A stretch of DNA of 59,432 bases. It comes from a virus. Its lineage: Duplodnaviria > Caudoviricetes. The notes under the pieces are model-generated. The model was not told where the DNA came from, ran no database searches, and was given only the letters and a program-made list of their open reading frames with translations. The stretch spans positions 1-59,432 of IMG/VR virus record IMGVR_UViG_3300020205_002237, one strand, 5' to 3'. The first letter of the stretch is position 1. Every line of letters begins with the position of its first letter. The translations under genes and the position numbers were made by a program. Below are positions 47,901 to 56,227 of this stretch, piece after piece.

Positions 47901-49659
47901 CAGTTAAAGCTCTGGTATTGTCGTCTCCGAGTTCTAAATTTTTATTAAATTTTTGTACTTCTTTATCGTTATTGCCAAAAGCATAGTTTAGTGCTTGAAA
48001 CGTGCCAACTAATACTCCAATTGCCATTCCAATATTACCTAGAGTACCTATAAAACCCATAAGTCGTGTAGTTGCTGCAGTAGCAGTAGCAGTTATTCCT
48101 GTAAACACAGATCTAACTACCCCTAATTTTTCAGTTTTAAGACTATCTACCATTTCGCTAAAGGCAGCTCTAAATCCTACTAAACTAGCAGTATCTGCTG
48201 CGTTACTAATAATTGAGTTTGAAATTGAACGCTTACGTTGTTCTTCTGCACCTATTTGTAGTCTACCTAGTGCTGTTGTTTTTCCTACGGGGGCATCTGC
48301 TTCTGCTTTTAGCTCTGCTTGTTTTTTATTAAAATCGTCCTGCGCTACTTTAGCTGCACGTATAGCCTTAGCTAGCTCATCGTAAATATACTTATTTTTT
48401 GTTAAGCCTTTACCAGCAGCTTCAATTCTTTGTATTTCTTTTTCTGTAATATCTTGAATTCCGCGAGTTGGTGTAAGAATCTCTGCAATATCTTTGCGAA
48501 TACGTCCACCACTAAGTGCCTTTAATTTTGCTTCTAGTTTGTCAATAACTGCTGCTTTGTCGTCTGCGGCCTTATCTTGTTTTGCTAAAATATCTGCTCG
48601 GTTTTTTGCAAGCATTGTTTCTGCGGTATTAATTTTATCAGAACTTACCTGCCTACTAAGTTCTGCAGTTTTTCGTAATTCATCCCTGTAGTTAACAATA
48701 CTAGGAATTGCTTGCTTAACAATCATTGATCCAAGCGCAGCTATACCAGCAGTTAAAGCTGCAGGGCTGGCGCTTAATAAATCTACTAAAGGTACAAAAG
48801 CTTTATTTAAAACTTCTAATATAGTTTGTGCAATGTTTTTAAGCGAAGCTAATAGCTTGTCATAAGGATTAGTAGGAATATTGATTTCATTAAACTTATC
48901 GATACCTTCTTTTAAAACGGCATTAGCAAAAGCTTGACGCTTTTCAAAGTCGGTTAAACTATCTACACTTTTGCCTACACTACGGGCATAGTCTTCTGAT
49001 GATTTACCTACTTTTGTAAATAATCCCAGTTCGTCTAATAGTTCTGGTTCTAATTTAGTAATACCGCGAGTTAAACGACTAACAGCGTCGCTCATATTAA
49101 CGCCAAGCGCTTGAGAAGCCTTTTTAGCTACATCACCAAGCTGTAAAAACTGTTTCTGAGTCATACCACTACTAATAGCTTTGGCGGTAGCTTCCATTGA
49201 TTCACGTAAACTTATAGCTCCGCCACTAGCTTCTGTGAACTGTTTGGCTAAGGCTCCCATTGCGACACCGCTGGCAGCTCCTAATTGATCCAGACCTTTA
49301 ACCATGTTACTGGTATCCATAGCATTACTTAATGCGCTAAAAGCGGCACTTACTGCGAATACGTTGGCAGCATAAGTAGCATATAGACGCACTAATCCAC
49401 CAAGACCTTGTGCTTGGTTTGCAAAATCTCGGCCGCTTGCTCCAGTAGATCCCATAGATCCACGAGCACGTCCGTACTCTATATTTTCACCTGCGCCAAG
49501 GCTGGCTGCAGCTGCTCTACTACCAGACTTCGTACCGGTAGCTAAGTTCTGTGATTTTTGTAACTCTTTATTTAAATTTTTAACTTCATCAGTACGATTC
49601 TTTATACTATTCGACTGATCCTGTAAACTTAAATTAATATTAACTTGATTTGATGCCAT
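44986..49659 (-). CDS. tape measure protein
   Basis: 1557 aa helical; T5 pb2-like N-terminus (YA..AAN.FA, EPELLDELG); FAKGG...MGEAGPEAIMPL C-terminus. Confidence 0.93.
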   Translation of the reverse strand: MASNQVNINLSLQDQSNSIKNRTDEVKNLNKELQKSQNLATGTKSGSRAAAASLGAGENIEYGRARGSMGSTGASGRDFANQAQGLGGLVRLYATYAANVFAVSAAFSALSNAMDTSNMVKGLDQLGAASGVAMGALAKQFTEASGGAISLRESMEATAKAISSGMTQKQFLQLGDVAKKASQALGVNMSDAVSRLTRGITKLEPELLDELGLFTKVGKSSEDYARSVGKSVDSLTDFEKRQAFANAVLKEGIDKFNEINIPTNPYDKLLASLKNIAQTILEVLNKAFVPLVDLLSASPAALTAGIAALGSMIVKQAIPSIVNYRDELRKTAELSRQVSSDKINTAETMLAKNRADILAKQDKAADDKAAVIDKLEAKLKALSGGRIRKDIAEILTPTRGIQDITEKEIQRIEAAGKGLTKNKYIYDELAKAIRAAKVAQDDFNKKQAELKAEADAPVGKTTALGRLQIGAEEQRKRSISNSIISNAADTASLVGFRAAFSEMVDSLKTEKLGVVRSVFTGITATATAATTRLMGFIGTLGNIGMAIGVLVGTFQALNYAFGNNDKEVQKFNKNLELGDDNTRALTASYDKYKNSLSTASVVAITTAFQNLSDNLKETAASFKEATQQANGWDNAVNSIKGLFGQSLEDDFAKSLGKQLSKGLNGILDPSMQKDTRERLKSILNVGELTEDTIKQSLSSMSTSRLTAVGAEIADVFEYASKAGQKTSAVLAGVKDGFVGLQKSYTDLSNTLIQKDPLSVFGKDLATQGFNFAEALKDPIANLATLRDLLTDISKIKLLAPESQAIIMQNRDAYIALINTAKSYETQLSESQAKIEKLNSAQRNLAGYGLAFNPGSRRLETPGSADSPAVAKEKEASKEAKAKLDATRQEMLVLGKSFEAAAKASIVKGFELVEGSFTRKMAETVLGSQKNLLDKLPQTAETAKLGAQIENQKIDLQIKQLTETQRLIKEMELSRLQSEKQFIETRRDAALALLKDDASARAAESVKSDTRISEIDRRMKLLSSTNISNSIKAGDIEKSPEALKAMQEQQGTMAQVGQLNEQKKMNLINAEIVKVQSAFDQARKTFDSSLKDIGNARKEETESLAFQTLSLEKQNEIVDKYVLQEDAVKRAINGLEIQKEIAVSTTVQLEAQERKWGEIAGIAAKGVITAKEQFKVSDNQFNTAKGITDAERERKNALAITLQTMGQISQTLETQVNLTRILNETENALVDIQKEVLQNQLDLGTITTDNYREQLLTINKMQTIKERDIKLEQLQNSLIATRLDLAKQLLDPKNAGDIDSINAKAEAASQAYLLEVEGVNKVYEAKQKTKTLDDYLTDRQLKYGDILKNSFEGMADAVIEFTKTGKLNFKGMIDSFIEGLIRYEMQQQAIMMSAAFKPGFMNFIGSIFGNMGNTGSMTGTMAGPVASAKGSVYDTGLKTFAKGGMFTNSVVNQPTLFKFAQGTGLMGEAGPEAIMPLKRDSNGNLGVRAAGSGGNVDVVVNNYSTAQAETKETVDSRGNRKIEVVIGDMTAGEISRNGSASQKAIRGTFGLQPQLIRR

Positions 49660-49714
49660 CGTTATTCCTCTTTAAGGTTGGTGGCTAAAACTTTTAATAG
49701 CTTGACTAGTGTAC

Positions 49715-49743
49715 ATTATAACATGCAACCATACTTTTGTCAA
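49715..49743 (-). promoter_or_regulatory. consensus sigma70 promoter TTGACA-17-TATAAT
   Basis: Perfect hexamers, TG extended -10, upstream of TMP. Confidence 0.9.
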
Positions 49744-49762
49744 ACCAAAAAATTTTTAACGT

Positions 49763-49797
49763 AAAAAAGCCTGCCAATTTTTAGTTGGCAGGCTTTT
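49763..49797 (-). terminator. intrinsic terminator
   Basis: AAAAGCCTGCCAA-loop-TTGGCAGGCTTTTTT overlapping stop codon. Confidence 0.85.
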
Positions 49798-50166
49798 CCA
49801 TTTTTTTCTTATTATTGATTTCGTCTGAGCGTACAGTATCAATCATACGTATTAGCATGATAATAAATTTCTGCTCAGACTGCTCAATCTCTGTTGCTTC
49901 TAAAACATCTTTTACACCTATCAAAGACTTGCCTAAGTAGCTACCATTCATAGTATCCCACTCATCTCGTAACATTCGATAAGCATTAAATGCTTGTTGT
50001 ACCTCAAATGGAAAATCTTCAAATTCCACGGGAATCTCAGAATCTAATGGCTCCGAGCCTAGCATTTCGCACATTTCAAAATACTGGTCTTTGTTCATAG
50101 ATACACTCATATTTTGAATGTAACTGACCAACTGCGCATTTACTTGCTGGAGTTGGTCGTCGAAAA
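49781..50166 (-). CDS. tail assembly chaperone, frameshift (gpT-like) segment
   Basis: -1 frame open from the slippery site (LFDDQLQQVNAQLVSYIQNM...) to stop at 49781. Confidence 0.8.
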
Positions 50167-50559
50167 GTTTCCCAGGTCTGATACTTGTTCGCTAATAAAC
50201 CCGTCAAAATTACTAGAATTTTTCATTAAGTACAAAGCGTTTTCAGCTGTATACTCTAATTCATCGTCCATATTTTGGCCTTTTAAATCAACAGGAGCTA
50301 GTTGCTCAAGATAACTTAATTTAAAGCCTTTCCACCCTTTGACAGCATTTTCAACATATAATTGCAAGAACAAGTCTTCATTAAATTCTTCTGCTGCTTG
50401 GCGGTTTTTAAAGCTAGTTTTAGTAGATTTCTTACGAATACTTAGAAGTGTTTCGCGAGATAAAAATGCTAAGTCAACAACAAAACCAGGCATACCAGGA
50501 TATTCTACCTGTACTGATTTGGAGGGAACTAACAGTGTTTTTAAAGAGAGAGTAGTCAT
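50140..50559 (-). CDS. tail assembly chaperone (gpG-like)
   Basis: Between tail tube and TMP; VKGWKG, LM.NS..FD pattern of T5-like chaperones. Confidence 0.85.
   Translation of the reverse strand: MTTLSLKTLLVPSKSVQVEYPGMPGFVVDLAFLSRETLLSIRKKSTKTSFKNRQAAEEFNEDLFLQLYVENAVKGWKGFKLSYLEQLAPVDLKGQNMDDELEYTAENALYLMKNSSNFDGFISEQVSDLGNFSTTNSSK
50167..50173 (-). other. -1 ribosomal frameshift heptamer G GGA AAC
   Basis: X XXY YYZ in the correct phase near the chaperone 3' end. Confidence 0.85.
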
Positions 50560-50576
50560 TTTATAATAATAAGTTT

Positions 50577-50608
50577 AAAAAGAGAGACTGGAGATCAGCC
50601 CAGTCTCT
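50577..50608 (-). terminator. intrinsic terminator after tail tube gene
   Basis: AGAGACTGG-loop-CCAGTCTCT-CTTTTT. Confidence 0.8.
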
Positions 50609-50627
50609 ATAGAAATGCAGTGGTTAA

Positions 50628-52304
50628 TTAAACTGCTGCTCGGTAAACGATAGTTGCTTCGTTAGATTCTGTAATGTCGTAACTAGTACCTGCAAAACCC
50701 TGCGCTGTAAAGTTAATTGTTGTAGAAATAACTTGCTCTGTGTTAATTGTAGGAATCTGCAACATAGCTGCAGGCAACTTGATTTCAACACCAGTAGTAT
50801 TTGTACTAGGTCCACCCAGCTGTACATTAATTGTAAACTTAGGGTCAACTGTAGTTGCTGAACCAGCTATCAAGTCAGATAACAGTCCACCGCTTTCAAG
50901 ACTACCTGTTTTTAAGTATGCATTGATAGTACCAGTAATAGCACGTGTACCTGTGAAGTACGTAATTGGTAAGTTAACTGTACCTAAGTTAGCAGGTGTC
51001 AGATATGTTAGGTTATTAGCAAAAGTGATATTTCCGCCAGTTAAAGCGATTGTATAAACATTGCCAACATTAGCTGCAATTACGGTAGTAGCTGCAGCTC
51101 CGGAACCACCGCCACCAGTAATAGTAACTGCTGGAGCTACAGTATAGCCGTATCCTGCATTAGTAATAGCGATACCAGTAATAGTAGAACCAGTAATAGT
51201 TACTGCACCAAGACTAGCTCCAGTACCTGAACCTAAAGAGCCAAGAGTAGCTGTAGGAGCTGTAGTATATCCAGTACCAGCGGTTGTAATAACAATACCA
51301 GTTATTGCACCACCGCTAACTGTTACAGTACCAAGTGCAGTTACGCCGCCGGCAACTGTAGGAGGAGAGAATGTTATAGTTGGACTTGTGTATCCAGTTC
51401 CACCAGCAGCAACTGCTACGGCACTAACACCACCACCAGATAGTATTGCTGTACCAGTAGCTGTTACACCACCCGCAGGTGCGGCAGCAAAAGCTACTGT
51501 AGGAACAGATGTATATCCAGAACCAGCAGTACCAACTGTAACTGTAGTCACAGCACCACCAGCAGCGGCAACAAAGTCATTGATACCATCATTAACAACT
51601 AAAGTACTTAACTTATTAGTAATATAACGGGCAGTAGTATTTTTAGCTAATGCCTGGTCAGGGGATGTGTTGTCAAAATCTGTTCCCGAGAAAACAACTG
51701 GACTAGTCGTATTAGCTTGTGCGTCATTTAATACGCGGATTGCGGAACCTTTACCAGCCCAAGCTACTGCCGCAATAGCGTCAATACCAAAGTCAATAGT
51801 TGCAGAATCTAGTGCACAGTTATCAATAATATAACCAGCATTGTCAAACAATATAATTAAGCCAAAAGGCAGTAATTGATGTTTGTTAGAATTAGTAAAT
51901 CCTACAGTACTAGAAGAGGATCCGGCTGTCCAAGCAGCACCTGTGGCACCAATGTTAGCGGCACCGCCGAAAGCATTCCATAAATAAGCTTCTTCAGCAG
52001 TAATCAAACTACCGTTATTATGTGGGCGAATATATGTAGAGAAAGTAAAATCTACTGGCTCTAATGCAGTATTAAAGCTGCGCTGACCACGTACAGGGGC
52101 TGCCCCTGCTTCATTTAGTGTAACTGTATCTACAGTAGTATTTTGTGAAAAGCTCATGCCTTCCAATACTTGAAGTTCAAAACAGTTTGTTGTAGACATG
52201 CCGCTTGCTGCATCTTTTAATGCACCAATTTTTACACGGCCAAAACTGTCAAGGTTAGTAGTAAAGAAGACTCTACTATTACGAATTAAATTAACTGCTG
52301 CCAT
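50628..52304 (-). CDS. major tail tube protein, T5 pb6-like, with internal repeat insert
   Basis: L.RNSRVF, RGQRSFN.ALEP..F.FSTY.RP, NNLTYLTP..L, FTGTR.I.G motifs. Confidence 0.9.
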   Translation of the reverse strand: MAAVNLIRNSRVFFTTNLDSFGRVKIGALKDAASGMSTTNCFELQVLEGMSFSQNTTVDTVTLNEAGAAPVRGQRSFNTALEPVDFTFSTYIRPHNNGSLITAEEAYLWNAFGGAANIGATGAAWTAGSSSSTVGFTNSNKHQLLPFGLIILFDNAGYIIDNCALDSATIDFGIDAIAAVAWAGKGSAIRVLNDAQANTTSPVVFSGTDFDNTSPDQALAKNTTARYITNKLSTLVVNDGINDFVAAAGGAVTTVTVGTAGSGYTSVPTVAFAAAPAGGVTATGTAILSGGGVSAVAVAAGGTGYTSPTITFSPPTVAGGVTALGTVTVSGGAITGIVITTAGTGYTTAPTATLGSLGSGTGASLGAVTITGSTITGIAITNAGYGYTVAPAVTITGGGGSGAAATTVIAANVGNVYTIALTGGNITFANNLTYLTPANLGTVNLPITYFTGTRAITGTINAYLKTGSLESGGLLSDLIAGSATTVDPKFTINVQLGGPSTNTTGVEIKLPAAMLQIPTINTEQVISTTINFTAQGFAGTSYDITESNEATIVYRAAV

Positions 52305-52376
52305 AGTTATTCCTTTTAGTTGGTAACCTAGGAGTACGCTTACTAGACATTTATCTGTATTGGTACTATTAGGTAA

Positions 52377-52814
52377 TTAGAGTGCGTAACGCACCTGTAA
52401 ATTTATTTCACCGACACCATAAGGACTTAGCAGACCTTCATCGGTTGTTATTGACTGAATTAATATTTCAGTAGTTGACAGATTATTAGTAGTATCATAT
52501 ACTAATACTCGGTTAGCATCTATTACGTTTTCTAAATCGTCTAGTAAGTCTTCAAGTAATTGTTGCGCTTCGCTTTCGCTACGAACATAAACTTTTACAC
52601 TAACATTCAGATATCCCCAGGTAAAATCCCCAGGCATATACTCTCTTAGTTCAGAACCTGGAGTAAGATATACAGCGGGAAAATCTTGAATCTCATCCCA
52701 GAATTTTAATTTAGGGTAGCTATTCTCAGATAAGTCACTTTTAAAGCTACCAGTTCCGTTTATTAATTTAAATTTTTCAGCTAAAGCTGTTACAATACTT
52801 GTTCTTCTTGTCAT
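52377..52814 (-). CDS. tail terminator (T5 p142-like)
   Basis: KFWDEIQDFP, SITTDEGLLSPYGVGEI. Confidence 0.85.
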   Translation of the reverse strand: MTRRTSIVTALAEKFKLINGTGSFKSDLSENSYPKLKFWDEIQDFPAVYLTPGSELREYMPGDFTWGYLNVSVKVYVRSESEAQQLLEDLLDDLENVIDANRVLVYDTTNNLSTTEILIQSITTDEGLLSPYGVGEINLQVRYAL

Positions 52815-54226
52815 AACGATACTGCCCTTAGTTTATTAGCTACTGCCTGTGCTGCAATATCTCTTATTGACTGAGATATTAGTAGCTTAGGATCTCTGCT
52901 TCTTGGATAGGCTTGACGTCCGCCTTCACTAAAAGTTGCGTAAGGGTTTTTCATATATGAGTAAAATACTGTGATCATACCTTCTCTACTCATAGTTGCG
53001 TGCTCAGCTTTAACAGTACTGGCAAATCTACCAGATCTATAATTTAAAACATTTTTAGCAGATCCATTACCCATATTAGCACTAATCACATCCTGTAACT
53101 GGCTATTAATTAAATTAGTCAAACTAAGTAAATTAGTTGAAGCAAGTGCTATACCTTTTACTTGATGTATATTATTTTTTTGCTTTTTAATCTGCTGTTT
53201 ATTTGCTTTAGCTTCTGTTAAAGTTTTCTTTAACTTTTTTCTATACTCAGATTTTGCCTTTTCATCTACATAAGCTATAATAATTTCATTAGGTAGCTTA
53301 ATTTTAGGACTTTTAATCTGTTTAGGGTTTTTACGTTTTACTCCAAGAGGCTCAAGTATTTCATCAACTATCAAGTCCATCATTGCAGGAGAGCTTTTAA
53401 AATCTAAAATTTCGCTAGTAGAAAAATTAGCATCTTTGCTTAATATATCTAGTATTCCTGCTAAAGCTTTAGCTTGCGTGGACTGAGGATTTACTAATGC
53501 ACGAATACCTGTGCTTCCGCCTTTTTGTCCAGACAATCTTTGAACTAACTTAGCACTAGCGGCATTGTCTGATTCTGACTGTAGTTCAATAAGAAAATTA
53601 GTAGCACTTTTATTATACTTTAAAAATACTGGACTAGTAAGTGTTTTTAGCTCAGCTGATTCAATATCTAGTTTTTGTAGATGAAGTATTAGATTGTCTA
53701 GGAATCCTACGGCGTAATCTGCCTCATCTTCTGACATAATAGGCATATCGCCTTTAGTCATATACTTGTATAGTTCGTCTCTTGCACCTAATACTGCTCC
53801 AGTCATCATACCGTATATGTGACCTTTAACCATGCCCATTTCTTTAAACTTAGCACTTGTACCGCTTCCAAGATACTTATCAAGAGTTCTTTCAACTCCG
53901 TCTTTAAATGGCGTTTCAGGAAATAGTATAAAAGTTTTACCGTCTACAACGTCTACAATAGGTTTTGAAATATCACTATTTCCAGTAAATTGTTTTTGTA
54001 AATTTTGAAATGCTTGGCTAACGCCTAGTTCTGCTGCTTTAGATTCGGATACTACAACTCCAACATTTCGGCTAAGGCCTTGCGCTTCAAGATCTGCACG
54101 ATTTTTGTTAAACCAAGTTTTATTTGTATTCACATAACGAGTATAGTCAGCATAGTCAGCTGCATCCTCAAAATTTCCACTCTTTTTCTTATCTCTAAAA
54201 AATTTAATGAAATTTTCTGCACTCAT
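52811..54226 (-). CDS. tail completion protein (T5 p143-like) with long N-terminal region
   Basis: C-terminal LNYRSGRFA...Y.YM..PY..F...RDP..LI..SIR; synteny. Confidence 0.7.
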   Translation of the reverse strand: MSAENFIKFFRDKKKSGNFEDAADYADYTRYVNTNKTWFNKNRADLEAQGLSRNVGVVVSESKAAELGVSQAFQNLQKQFTGNSDISKPIVDVVDGKTFILFPETPFKDGVERTLDKYLGSGTSAKFKEMGMVKGHIYGMMTGAVLGARDELYKYMTKGDMPIMSEDEADYAVGFLDNLILHLQKLDIESAELKTLTSPVFLKYNKSATNFLIELQSESDNAASAKLVQRLSGQKGGSTGIRALVNPQSTQAKALAGILDILSKDANFSTSEILDFKSSPAMMDLIVDEILEPLGVKRKNPKQIKSPKIKLPNEIIIAYVDEKAKSEYRKKLKKTLTEAKANKQQIKKQKNNIHQVKGIALASTNLLSLTNLINSQLQDVISANMGNGSAKNVLNYRSGRFASTVKAEHATMSREGMITVFYSYMKNPYATFSEGGRQAYPRSRDPKLLISQSIRDIAAQAVANKLRAVSL

Positions 54227-54789
54227 GTAAAGTCCGCTACATACTGGTCTAATATACGTTTAATTGGGGCAGGTAAGTTTGTAGACGAAACATAGTTAAT
54301 TTGCGTAGTATTAGGATTTAAATCTCTGCTACTATGAACTGTACCATTGTTTCGTGAATAATATTCTACTAAGTCTAATACGGCTAGTTTTAAATCACCT
54401 GGAATAGGATCGTAGCCACCAAAGTAGCTTACGCGATATCCGTTAATTAATTCTGGAAATCCGCTAGGTTCTAGACTAAATATAGAGTCACCTTTTATAA
54501 CCCAATCTGTAAACTTTACTAAATTTGTATAAGTTTTACCATAGTCTTCGCTATACTGTACTGATGCTACTGTTACAAGAGGACTTTCTTTTAGTAAAAG
54601 TTCTTTAAAGCCACCATCAAAATATTCAATCTTTATATCGCTGTAGAAGTCTACAAAAGTGCGACGGCAGTATGATTTTACCAAGTCACTGACTTTAGGT
54701 ATTAAGAAATCAATTTCTGAGTCTGAATTTGTGCTGGTAATCCCCATGTAAGTTTTGTATTCAGATTTTGTTACTAAATCTATTGCCAT
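54223..54789 (-). CDS. head completion / head-tail connector (T5 p144-like)
   Basis: Start reassigned to ATG 54789 (GAGGT SD); IPGDLKLAVLDLVEYY...P..IKRILDQY. Confidence 0.85.
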   Translation of the reverse strand: MAIDLVTKSEYKTYMGITSTNSDSEIDFLIPKVSDLVKSYCRRTFVDFYSDIKIEYFDGGFKELLLKESPLVTVASVQYSEDYGKTYTNLVKFTDWVIKGDSIFSLEPSGFPELINGYRVSYFGGYDPIPGDLKLAVLDLVEYYSRNNGTVHSSRDLNPNTTQINYVSSTNLPAPIKRILDQYVADFT

Positions 54790-54830
54790 AAATACCTCAC
54801 TTGTTTTATAAAGGCACATAATGCCTTTAT

Positions 54831-54856
54831 AAAACAAGACCCCGAAGGGTCTTGTT
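54831..54856 (-). terminator. intrinsic terminator after capsid gene (cUUCGg loop)
   Basis: AACAAGACCC-TTCG-GGGTCTTGTTTT. Confidence 0.85.
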
Positions 54857-54874
54857 AACAATTACATTAGCAAA

Positions 54875-56227
54875 TCAGGTTGCTGTGTAAGTGTGCTTTG
54901 TAACAGAGTTACCTAAGTTAGTGGTAACACGTGTCATACCGGTACGGAGGCTAGCCACCATAACGCGACGCTGTGTTTCAACTAATTCTTGTGTATCAAT
55001 GCGGAGACCGCGTTGGTTACCAACAATAAAGTTACCTGGGTTTACGCAGATAGCACCAACAACAGTTGAAGCTGGAGCAGCGAATTCTGCAGAAACTAAC
55101 ACTGGGCTTCCACCGATTTGACCGATTTGACCAGTCAACAATGTAGCTTGTGTACCAACTTGATTCATTGTTTGGAAAGTTGTATCATCCAACAAGTTGT
55201 AATATGTATCGGTATTAACGATATAAATAACTTCAGCAGGATCAAGACCCCAAGCACCTAAACCTTGACGCAATGTACGCAGTTTAGCAACGTTCATACC
55301 AGCAGCAGTAGTGTTACCAGTAGCAGTTACGTTATTAGCCCAAGTAGCTAAACCAGTAACTGGGTCAGAACCTGCACCTGCACCACGCAAGAAAGCGCGA
55401 TCAACAGTACGAGCAACACGACGAACCATACCATCACGAATCATTGGCATCAAAGCCAACAAAGCATCTTCTTCTTCTTCATATGCAGTATACTCGTTAG
55501 TAGCAACTTTATATGCGTTCAAAGTGATTTCTTTAAGGGTATGTGTTCCAGCATCGCCGTTAGTACCAGTACGAGCAGCACCAGCACTAGCTGCAGCGCC
55601 GAAGTCACTATTGGAGATCCAAGTTGCCAAGCCGGCTTCTGGATTAACTGGAATAGTCATAACGTTGGTTTGCATAGCAATGTTGCGGAAAATAGGAGCA
55701 ACAACTAAGCGACGACGAACTTCATTTTCCATGTTCAATGAAACTTCAAGTTCCCATGTGGCTGAAGGTACGTGAGCACCATATTTCTGCACCATGTCGC
55801 GACCAAATTTTGTGCCTTCCAATGACTTACCAGCCATTTTAGCCAACATAACAGCCTTTTCTTTGTCAGCATAAGACATACCGTCTTTGGCTTCTTGGAA
55901 AGACATTTTTGATTTTGTGATTGCTTCGATTTCAGCAGCTTTTTCTTTCAAAGAAGCTTCTAAACCAGCGATAACTGATTTGCTTGAATCTTCAGCAGCA
56001 GCTAAACGCTTCTCAACTTCGGCCATCAAGCGCTCAGCACCTGTGTCACCTGTAGAGATAGAAGCAACAGCGGCTTTAACGCGTGCATCTAATTCAGCTT
56101 CTGTTTTGTCAGCAGCGGCTTTTTCGGCCAATGCTTTTGCCTGTGTATCGGCGATGGCTTTAGCAGTGAGCTCAGCCGCTTTGTTAGCTGCATCAGCCAA
56201 CATTTGTTCTAATTGTTTAGGATCCAT
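54875..56227 (-). CDS. major capsid protein precursor from internal start (450 aa)
   Basis: In-frame ATG (Met197) preceded by AAAGGAA SD; MDPKQLEQML delta-domain-like start. Confidence 0.7.
   Translation of the reverse strand: MDPKQLEQMLADAANKAAELTAKAIADTQAKALAEKAAADKTEAELDARVKAAVASISTGDTGAERLMAEVEKRLAAAEDSSKSVIAGLEASLKEKAAEIEAITKSKMSFQEAKDGMSYADKEKAVMLAKMAGKSLEGTKFGRDMVQKYGAHVPSATWELEVSLNMENEVRRRLVVAPIFRNIAMQTNVMTIPVNPEAGLATWISNSDFGAAASAGAARTGTNGDAGTHTLKEITLNAYKVATNEYTAYEEEEDALLALMPMIRDGMVRRVARTVDRAFLRGAGAGSDPVTGLATWANNVTATGNTTAAGMNVAKLRTLRQGLGAWGLDPAEVIYIVNTDTYYNLLDDTTFQTMNQVGTQATLLTGQIGQIGGSPVLVSAEFAAPASTVVGAICVNPGNFIVGNQRGLRIDTQELVETQRRVMVASLRTGMTRVTTNLGNSVTKHTYTAT

Noticed and set aside
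54790-54861. N-terminal extension of the head completion ORF in the track
   Set aside because: Runs through terminator hairpins; ATG 54789 has a good SD
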